Shown here: positions 53,940 through 64,000 of the stretch, piece after piece
Numbering within the stretch: position 1 is the first letter of the stretch
Layout of the letters: each line of letters begins with the position of its first letter
Source of the DNA: Blasia pusilla
Lineage: Eukaryota
DNA length: 64,000 nt
Direction of reading: 5' to 3'
Assembly: GCA_050084515.1 (NCBI GenBank)
Contig: CM114271.1
Location: 15,934,001 to 15,998,000 of the forward strand
The notes under the pieces: generated by a model
Databases searched by the model: none
What the model was told of the DNA's origin: nothing
Seen by the model: the letters and a program-made list of their open reading frames with translations, nothing else
Translations under genes and position numbers: made by a program

Positions 53940-54866
53940 TCAGGTCCATCGCCTGATCCAAGACATGACGTCGTGATGCCTCTGATACCGAAGGTATTAT
54001 TGTCACTCCTGGGGGGAATCCCATTGCTTGCTCTTGCTCATCGCCGTTGGGCTCCATCAACCTCTATTCTTGGTCATCTCAAACCAAGCCAGACCCAGCC
54101 TCCTTGAATGCATAGGAATTAAGCGAAGCGGGAAAACTCACCAATGTGGGAAAGGCTACCTATGGCATGCCAATATTTTTGACCACAGTCAACGCCGGTC
54201 AATCATTGTGCCTCACTGCTTGTGATCAACGGCCCGGATCCAATATAGAATCCACCAACAAATTGGAGGGACGCTCCACTCTCGCATAAGCCCTCTATAA
54301 CACCTCATGTGGCATCAAGTTGGTTCACCATACACGCGGGCGATGTGTTGTAGAACCTACACTCTCCGCATCCAACAACATTGTCGAGCCGATCCATGCG
54401 CGTACCTGATGTGTACTCGTCACCACGTGGAACCTTGAATCGCCCAAAATCGGCACATTCTCCATAATGTTTGATGGAGAATGAGACTGATGCTCTTGCA
54501 AAGTGTCGCAAGATCCGCATCATCTCCCAAAACAACCTGGACCGAGTGTCAACTAACCTGCTACCTCGTCCACCACTCGATTGGCCCTGACACGGCCAAA
54601 CAACAATGACCAAATCTGTGGCCCCTACCCGCTCCAAGTCCTGCGCCCCCAACAATGAAACATCCCGCGGTAGGAAACTCTAGTATCCCTGGACAGTGCA
54701 CGCAGACAACAAGTCGGGAAAATGGACGCGTAACTGCGCCACATAGTGAAGTGAAGCACGCCTCGCAACATCATCAATCTCCACATATAGGTACTGTTGC
54801 ACACGTACTTATGCTTGCAAAACAACAGCTAACCCAATGTTGATCCCTCCAAAGAGATCCAACACC
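53940..54866 (-). pseudogene. C5 MTase domain (F1-c)
   Basis: VLDLFGGINIG, DLVIVVWPCQG, MENV, EQEQAMGFP, SRRHVLDQAMD. Confidence 0.86.
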
Positions 54867-57588
54867 CAAATATCCTCCTCTAGGATGCGCCACACGGTAT
54901 ATGAGGACGTCAACATAGCACACTCGGCTACCTGAGGTTCCTTTGACGCATCACGCTCTGGTGCAAACGTCTCGCTCCACACGGTCTCCACATGCTCAGT
55001 GGCTAAGCGTCGAAGCTCCTCAATTGAGCCCTAAAGCGGCACCTCTCCTCCACGGACTGATGCGGCTACCATGACACTCCTCTCCATAAACATGTCAAGA
55101 TAATGAGTGTCCTCTGCATGGACATGTCCCTCATTCAAATCACTAGGCCAAGTGATAACGTTGCTAAATGCTGCTAAGGCCGCCATCTCTCCTGGTCGTC
55201 GCTTGATCACTGCACATGTGAATCGAACGGGTAATGAGCTAAGGCATCCATCACACTGCCATCATGGTCTGTAGGATGATAACTCCTCCCAATAATCGAG
55301 GGAAAACCCCATTGGATACAACACTCCTCCACCAACCAAGACATCGTAGGACTCTACATCAGCCTGTATTGCCTTGGCTCGCACCACAGACTCATCTGTA
55401 GGATGTATCGAGCAAATCCTCATTACAACCTCCTCTCGGGTAATATACTATGTGGTACTTGCTCCACCCAAGGATGTTTGTATCCGAAATGGACAACGCT
55501 CCACATCGGCTCTCGTCAAGCCCACTCCTATGAATGACGCTTTCCCCAACATCAAGAGTTGCGGTCCTGAATCCAACAAGATGCGTTGTGGACTAAAAGC
55601 TATATCTCTGGGACTCACCAACTGGAAGACCTCTCCCTGGTTATCCAAAAACACAACACCAGGAGAAGCCATGGCATACTCTATTGCGGGTCTAGCGGGC
55701 ATCTCCACCATCCTAGCAGCCGCAACCTGCCATGAATCTGACGTGGACGGCCCGAGCATCCGCTCCAAGGGTAGGTCCATCACCTCCTCTGTAATCACCT
55801 CTAAACGTGATGCAAGAACTCCAACTCCATGCTCATACAACATAGCGGCCAGCCAAAAAACATCGCCAAGCGTACCTTGCAATGTCATAACATTGGAAGC
55901 AGAAAATAAAGGAGCGAGGGACCTCGGGCGGGACACAACAGTGGCTACCCCCAACAACGTGCTCAACACATGCTCCTCCTGAGCATCAGTAATAGGAGTG
56001 GTTGCACTTTCTTCTCCCATCGCCCTCCATGCTTGCACACCAAAAACATCACCAACTCTCTGGGAACTCTGATGAGGACCCATTGATCGGATTCTCATCG
56101 CCTCGGACAACGTGAAGGACTGAGGAAGCTTGCTCTGTTTCCTAGCTTCTCCTCATTGTGGATCCAACTCTGCGGCTGCTCCACATGTACCAACTACAGC
56201 GGCCTCCATCTGGGCAACCACGCACATCCAACCAGGATCCTCCATATATATGGCGGCTTCATAGGACGTCGATGCCACGGATCCGGTATTGGGTAACCGT
56301 AATACCATAGCGGCAATCTGTTGTTGTATGTGAGCAGCCATCCCAACCTCACGCGAGGCGTCTCCCTCAACGCATCTAAGTGGTGGGACTCTACCTCCTC
56401 CACAGGCAACTCCACCACCTTGTTGGGCAACTCTAGCTCCTCGTCTCCCAACGGGACCACCTGGTGCACGTCCTCTAGGCCCATCCGGACCAGCAACTCG
56501 CTATGGTGCCCTCCTTGGACCTTTTTCGGATGTAACTCAGGGTGTAAATTGAAACACCTATCGCGTGTATGACCATACATGTGACAATAGTCACAATGAT
56601 AACCTCTTGGTGTAGCACCATCTCCTCCTCCATGCTGAGGCTCACGTCCATGACCCTGACGAGTGCAATTGCGTTGATGATGGGCTCCATCACATAACCA
56701 TCAAGTAATCGTAGGCGGCTTCTGCTGAGCCGCATATGAAGGTGCAAGTCTCTGTGGCATAGCCTCTCGGTATCCTCCGTGCGCTCGCGGTGCCACAGTC
56801 GACCTATCTCGGAGTCCACATTGCTGCACTGATGGTGCAAACAATCGTGAGTGCTCTCGCCCAAAACCCATGGTGGCTACGCTCTCCTCCGCCATGTTGC
56901 GCTCGATGTCTTTGGTGGTCCTAAAGATATCTCTCAATGTAGGGGAGGTGTTCATAAGAAACATCCCCTCCCACACCCGTGTCCGTAGGGTTTGGTCCAG
57001 CATCGCGTACCATGACTGGATAGCTTGAGCCTCTGTCCACCCCTAAGTGACATTGATCAATCGGCGCAAGCGAGTGTAAGCCTCACGCAAACTCTCACCC
57101 GGGCGTCTCTAAAAGTCATGGATGCTCCGCAACTTCTCCGTCCGTACCCCCTTATAGCTCGCGCTCAACTCAGCAAAGAACTCAACCACGGGGTTGAACG
57201 TGGGATGAACCCGACTAGACGGTGCAACTGCTCCACTACAAGTTACCCCTCCTAAAATATCACTAGTGGAAGAGGAAGTAGCTTCTCCTGACTCCTCCTC
57301 CTCATCTAGGAATGGCTCCGTCCATGACACATAGTATGGGTCATAGTAGAGTCGCCATGCCTCAATCTCTTGGGCATATCTGTGGGAGAGCTCATGGTAA
57401 TCGTCCATGGGTGCCCCCTCTAAATGTTGGAATATACCGTTCCATGCTGTAAACGGGTTGAACTCTCTAGAGTTCCTAGCCCGTTGTGAGTCACACTAAC
57501 TCCTAAACTCCGCAATGAAGTTTTATAGCTCTATAATTCCTACAGCACCAGGTCCTCTACCCTGATCGTCCATCTCGTATGCCCAACT

Positions 57589-58617
57589 TGTCGTGCGCCT
57601 ACTCTCCTTGAACATTAATCTTGTTGTTGCGGGAGCGTTCGTTCAGTAGGTCATACTCTCAATTCTGATCTGCATCCAAACACGCACTTTGGTTAGTCGG
57701 GTCTTGGATCAATCAGCGGGCTAACTTTCCGAGTTCTCGTCTGGGTCTCTCATTAAGCTCAACCTTCCTAGTTTCGCGGTTTACAACACGGGCAAGTCTC
57801 AAAAGACTTGGGACAAACTTTCTGGTGGGTTTAGGAACCTCAAACGGCGTTTCACACCTGGCGGTTCCAATTGTCCTATGGACATCCAATGAGTCCCTAA
57901 CCAAGACTTGCACAAAGTGAATCTCGGGTTGGAATCCAAGTGTGGCGTACAAAGTCCACTCTCTTGGATCAGGTTTGGGTTTCGAGTTCCAACGCCAAAC
58001 TCCCGTTCCATCTCATGCCTCAAAGACGCCGTTTGGCGCTCAAAGTGGGGATTCGTGTTCCAAGACATTTTGGAGAGACTCCTCCCTTACTAGTACTTCT
58101 GGGGATCTCTAGGGTCCCCCTACCTTTAGGGAAAGACACCCGGCCTTTCCAATTGGCCCTCAACCCGATTGCTCTCACAATTGTTTTTGGCTAATATCTC
58201 AGTCTATACTTATGCGTTTGCTAAGATCTTTAGTGCATTGGAAGCATCTCAAGATAATCTTTCCAACACGCCCTTCCTTGTTGCAAAAATATCTCGAGGA
58301 TAAACGTTATGGTCCAAAACACAGTCAAATTCCCAAAACGCTAGTCGTGTTCCAAAACTGGTTCGCACCTCTTTGGCAACCAACCTTCCGAGACTCAACT
58401 CATCTCAAGTCTTGGCTCACATTTGGTCTAGGTTTCCTGGTCGCGACCACTAACACACAAAATGCACAACTCTGTTCCGCATTTTATCTCTTGGACTTTT
58501 CCAAGAGATCTTTCCAAACGCCTCTCCAAAGCGCAAACATCGCAGCGTGAGTCCACTTGAATTCTGATGTTCCGCTTGGCGCCTATTTGGTGTTGTTTGG
58601 TTATGAGGGTTGCGGCA
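57589..58617 (-). mobile_element. ~1.03-kb solo-LTR-like element in the gag of F1-c
   Basis: Ends TGTCGTG / TGCGGCA; apparent 5-bp TSD CAACT/CAAGT; homologous to 12780-13665; no coding signature. Confidence 0.75.
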
Positions 58618-61600
58618 CAAGTGGTAGGACCACTCAATGTGTACAGTGGATCACTTACACTCTCCTCTACATGCCCCCCCTTGTCTGAGGATGACGCAAA
58701 ATGAGATCAAGGTGGTCTCAAGTGGAGACCCTCGAAACCTCGCACCACTCCGGGTAAACCTTCCAAAGCTACTATCAGGTCCACTAGTTCGCCTCTCAAA
58801 ATCCTGAAAGGACACCGTAATGACCCTCGTGCCCCTCTCACACGATCACTCTCAATCTCGCGAGTAATCCCTCAATCACTCAAACTAAACATGCGGCACT
58901 CAATCTACCCTCTCTCACTGAGACGTGTGTTATGCCGCAACAAGCGGCGTGGTGCGGCAAATCAACTAATCTATCATCTCATCGACAAACCATCCTCAAT
59001 TGCGGACATTCCATACAGATCTATGTCCCCTAAACCTATCATCGATGCTCTCAACATCCGCACGAAACCCAATATCCCAAATAACTTCCCAATACCCGAA
59101 AATCCCTTAACACGTGCAGGGCAAAAGACTAGAATGGGTAACCTGACAATAAATGTCAATATCGCTCCTCAGAAACTACAAATCTTGACCCCTACTCGGT
59201 CGTAAAGAAAACTCCTCCAAATAGCACGTTGTACTCCCCTAGTACTGACGATGCTCGTATCTCCTCGATGTGCGGTGCAGGTCCAGCGGTTTGGTGCGGT
59301 ATTGGCAGTACGGAGTGGCTACAAATGGCACAGCACTTGGGAATGGGGTGCGGCACTCGCCGGCATACCCTCCTCAGTCAACAAAATGCAATCTGCTCCT
59401 AGTAATGGTGCGGCTCCGCAATCGAGATGGTGCAGTGCGGCCACGAGCGCACGACATGGCAATCGATGGCGTGTTGCGGCTACGCGCGTCATGGCAAGGT
59501 TCTCAATCATTGTCGAGCGGCTACCAAACACAACATAGCAAAGTGGGAAAGAAACTACGATCCCATGAATCCAAAAAGGTCACAGTGTCAAAGTCGCGAG
59601 TTAACTAGTGGCGATGACTCATACAGACTCACCAAGTACGGTAGCGGCCGCTCTACCCGGCCACTCGTGACTGGTCGTTATCTTGAACAGCGGAAACGGA
59701 AGCGGTAACTCATGTTGATGGAAATAGCGGCAACAAATAGCGGCGGCGGCGACGGTTGTGACAAGCGGCCGTGGCAAATGGCGGTGGCGAAAACTCACAT
59801 CGGCAGTAACTCGCGGCGGCAACAACAGCAACGACAACCAACGGCGGTGACGGCGACAAATGGCAATGGTGCTGCAGACGGCAATGGCGATGGCACGGAC
59901 AACACAGATGGTGACAGCGACCGTGCTGCCAACAACGGCGGCTGCTTTAGGGTTTGGCTATTTTTACCCTAAAAATTGGCACTTTGCAAAATCAGCCATA
60001 ACTTTCTGATCGTACTCCAAATTATACACCGTCCATTGCACAATGTGCACAGCTCCATGATCTATGACGGCATAAAAAAAAAGTTTGAATCGAAAAATCC
60101 CATAAAAAATGATGGGGATCTCGTAAGCCCAACGTCTCTTTCTCCTACACAAAATTTGGCAGCGATTCCGCGCTGATTTCTCCCAACGAAAATGTAAAAC
60201 CTTCAAAAATATAAATCAGCAAGCTACATCGTGCTCTTGAGAGCACTAGCATGGGACAACCTGCCCCCATAATCAATCCCTATCAGAAATTGGGCAGCGC
60301 TTCTGTGCGCCACTCTCTCACACAAAAAATCGGCACACAAACGTCAAAATAGCGGGGCTCTTGCTCTTGAGAGCATTCCCATGAGCCATGAAGCAGGGAA
60401 CACGGTCCCCAACCTGCACCAAACATTGAACAACCAGCGAGCTCCGCCATGAAGCTCTCTCACCCTCTCATTCTCTCTTTGTAAATCAAGATCCAATATC
60501 TCTCAACACCATAGCTCTCAAATGTGTGCACACTCACATGTCGCTCTCAATGTCAAACCAAACCCACTCTGAGAGGCTTGGGTTACACACACAAGAAAAG
60601 CAAGACCACAACTCCGCGGCCTCATGCCAAGAGGTTCAACAAAGAGAGAATGAGCTCTCAAGCTCTCTCTCCTTGAGGTATATCCCCTTCCCTCTCCCAA
60701 GCTTTCTTCTGGGTAACCTATGCTCGCAAGTCACCTCCTTGGCTCTTGACTTAATGTAGTGGGTTAAGGGCCACTTCCCAAAGTAGAAAGTCAACTCTAC
60801 CAAACATGGAAACTTACCCAAAATAGTAAGCTTTTCTATATGGCTCCACATGAGCCCAAACGAAGGGGAAACCTGCTTTCTCACGTTTTTCAGACCTCAG
60901 CACGTCATCCTCAACCTCCTAAGCCTATCCTCCTCTACTCGGAAAGGCATTCTACCTGATCTCTCTCATCTATCCTAAAATGTCATAACAAGTTTTTTAG
61001 ATCTTCGAGCCGAATAGCATCAGTTGCCTATTAGATTGGAGGACATGCAGAAGATGGTATTTTGGGGCATCGATCCTCAGGGGAAGGATTGCTTGTACTA
61101 GTGGCGGTTCTTACATTTGGGTCAAAAAATGCCCCAGCTGAGTTTCAGAGGGTCATGGATAGGATCTTGGCAGGTCTAGATTTTGCTAGGTGTTATATTG
61201 ATGACATCGTAGTCTTTAGCGCCACGATTGAGGAGCATGAGGGACATCTAGAGGAGGTGTTTTGACGATTGCACTTACATGGGCTGAAGCTACATCCAGG
61301 CAAATGCAAGTTCTTCTACGACCAGATTGAGTACTTGGGTCATACAATATACCTAGGTGGCCTTGGTGTGCAACAGACGAAGGTAGAGGCTATTACACGC
61401 GTTTCACGCCCTATAGATATGAGTTGAGTTTGTGCATTCATGGGATTGGCAAAATTCTATCAACGATACGTCAAGGGTTTCAGCTTGATTGCGAAGCCGC
61501 TGACCTTGCTGACCAACATGGATGAAGAGTGGCACTGGGAGGATGAGCAGAAGAGAGCATTTCAGATGCTCAAGGACATATTGACGTCCGCGCCCATCTT

Positions 61601-61793
61601 GAGGAGAGCGATCAGTTTGATTTTGAAGCCGCTAACCTTGCTGACCAAGGTGGATCAGGAGTGGCATTGATCATCAGCCACTTAAGTGGTTGATGGAGTC
61701 CAAAAAGCTTATAAGGAAGCTTGCGAGATGGGCTCTTTTGTTGCAGGAGTATGACTTCCAAGTGGTGCATAGACTTGGGACGCTCAACCATGA

Positions 61794-63169
61794 TGTTATG
61801 TGCATACACATCGCTACACAACATACATTGCTATCACCAAACACACACACAAACACGCACGATCCCATGCTAACTAATGGCATCCAAACAACAAGATAAG
61901 AAGTACCAAAATATCTCCAATAAATCAAGGTGAAATCTCTCTCAACACCATAGCTCTCAAATGTATGCACTCTCACATGTCTCTCTCAATGTCAAACCAA
62001 ACCCACTCTCCTAATGAGAGGTTTGGGTTACACATACAGAAGGCAACCAAGACCATAGCTCCGTTGCCTCATGCCAAGAGGTTCAACAAAGAGAGAATGA
62101 GTTCTCAAGCTCTTTCTCCTTGAGGTATACTGCTCCCCTCTTCCAAGTTCTCTCCATGATAATCTATGCTCTCAAGTCACCTCCTTGGCTCTTGACCTAA
62201 TGTAGGAGGTCAAGGGCCATTTACCAAAAATATAAATTTAACCATATACTCAAAATGATACTTACATAACATAGTAAGTTCTTAAATATGGCTCCAAATG
62301 AGCCCAAACGAAGGGAAATCATGCTCTCTCACATTTCTTGAGCCCTCAGCAGGTCATCCTCAACCTCTTGAGCTTGTCCTCCACTACTCACAAAGGCGTC
62401 ATACTAGATCTCACCAATCTATCCTAAAAGATGTGACAGTTGTCATGCGCATACACATCGCTACACAATATATATCGTTATCATTGAACACACACACAAA
62501 CACGCACGATCCCATGCTTACTCATGGCATCCAAATAACAAGACAAGAAGTACCAAAATATCTCCAATCGCCCCTCTAGTTGGTGGTTAGGTCCCTCTAA
62601 CTCCAGATAGCCATCTATCCCTACCTACCGTTGACATACATCTCTCGGACGCTAAGAGCAAAAAGGTCGGGTCCTCATGTGGCCCCATCGTTAGTCGCCT
62701 TCTTGTCATCCATGTCACAGACACAAGTTGGAATCTAGAACTACATACTTTATGTACATCTGGGACACATCCATCGTCCCTTATGAACCCTAGTGGGAGG
62801 TGGCGTCAGACATGCCATATGCGATCCTCTCGAACACCCATCATGGACTAGCATAGTGGTTGTACCATGGGCGGAACCACACAATATACATCGCAAGCCT
62901 CGAGGAACTACTGCTAAGCTTGGATCAACTATACCATCAATGTTCAGAAGATGACATGGCACACAATCATGCACATGGTCCTTCCAAACCATACCATCGC
63001 GTCCCTCTAATAAGAGAACACTAGATGGCAAAACCTCACGCACTCTCAAGATGGTGCATCCTATAGTCACATCCAACATCGTGGGTGCCGTCTGCTGCAA
63101 GTAGACATAGTCTCTGTGATGAAACCTCCAGATAGTAGGTCGATAACCACCTCACCGAATAGTCGCATA
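61794..63169 (-). mobile_element. 3' end of subfamily F1 copy d (IN C-terminus, PHD, A-B-A)
   Basis: ORF 62750-63100 with PHD CILC..DGC..H..C..WMCPRC. A1 62441-62566, 2-nt spacer, B2 ~61920-62438, A2 61794-61919. Confidence 0.88.
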
Positions 63170-63700
63170 CACTAGAAGAAAAGCATGACTTTTATGACTA
63201 CAACTAAAATGACTGATGTTTTTCATGACTCAAACGTATGACTAGAATGTCCCTTAGTCATATGGTAGTCATATCTTTCCATCAAATACTAACATCTTAG
63301 TCATATAAAATATGACTGATGTTTTTCATGACTCAAACGTATGACTAGAATGTCCCTTAGTCATATCTTTCCATCAAATACTAACATCTTATTCATATAA
63401 AAATATGACTAAGTCATTGTAGAATTTTGGGATATGGCTCCATCATGTCCCAAAATGACTTGCTAAGAATTGAGTTATTTTAAAACTCTAACACGTAATA
63501 TTTCAGTCTTATGAGAATATGAGTGAGTGATTGAATAACTTTGGATTTCTCCTTAGTTATATCATGAAATATCTCACAAAATGTTGAGTCATTTTGTATC
63601 AAATGAGTTATATTTATGAATTAATCATAAATAAAAATGCTATAAATTTTATTTATGATTAATAATTAAAAAATTCAATAGAATAATGATTTCAGCTTTA
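63170..63700. mobile_element. Terminus of a CACTA (En/Spm-like) DNA transposon
   Basis: Integrase sequence stops abruptly at CACTAGAAGAAA. It is followed by many ATGACT/AGTCAT subterminal repeats in both orientations and an AT-rich tract. Other end not in window; right boundary approximate. Confidence 0.75.
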
Positions 63701-64000
63701 CTTTTATTTTGAACCAAATGAAAAAAAATACTCCCACCTTGATGGAATTAAACATCATTCACAAAAAAAAATTTCGCTTGTAGGTGGGTTGGGAAAAAGT
63801 CCTATAAACACTTACCTTATGAAGAGCGATGGATCTTAGCTATAGGAGGCAAGAGTAGTGTCACTCACAAGAAGGCTTTCCTAACGAAGACGATACCTAA
63901 GGAAGAGAATAAGCTTGCGGCAAATGACGAGGGCGGGATCGAGCTCATATGTAGAGTCGAAGGCAAAGAGAGCAAACGCGGGAGAGATAGCTAGTGTGAG

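Larger units (their letters stand above)
50338..60990 (-). mobile_element. Subfamily F1 copy c, near full length, inserted in the RT of F1-b
   Basis: TSD ACTT/AGTT (50334-50337 / 60991-60994). B1 ~60485-60990; gag 56100-58820; PR ~55570; MTase; RT YIDD ~52925; IN and PHD 51193-52200; PPT ~51010-51020; A1 remnant 50980-51008, B2 50465-50977, A2 50338-50464. Confidence 0.88.
37545..61793 (+). mobile_element. Subfamily F1 copy b, split by nested insertions; own sequence 37545-40725, 46852-50337, 60995-61793
   Basis: Starts TGTCAC with B (37545-~38060). Gag 39870-40725 resumes at 46852; PR ~48220; partial MTase 48947-49575; RT IGHAKVF|..LDLRA resumes at 60995 (YIDD ~61195). Confidence 0.85.

Overview
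Plant genomic DNA (probably bryophyte, inferred). It holds one intact 8-exon host gene, the Tudor-domain splicing factor SPF30/SMNDC1 (32167-35261, +), inside a nest of degenerate Ty3/Gypsy-type retroelements from three related subfamilies (here F1, F2, F3). These elements are unusual in two ways. (1) Their polyprotein reads Gag(2xCCHC)-protease-DNMT3-like C5 cytosine methyltransferase-RT-RNaseH-DDE integrase-PHD finger. (2) They lack ordinary paired LTRs. Instead they have split direct repeats, B-[ORFs]-PPT-A-B-A, with an internal abutted-end junction (CA-NN-TG), no visible tRNA primer-binding site, TG...CA termini and 4-bp TSDs. That terminal layout is typical of tyrosine-recombinase retroelements (Ngaro/PAT), not DDE-integrase elements. 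The window also contains solo-LTR-like insertions, a 424-bp tandem triplication, a (TG)n tract and one end of a CACTA transposon. All coordinates and alignments were read by eye.
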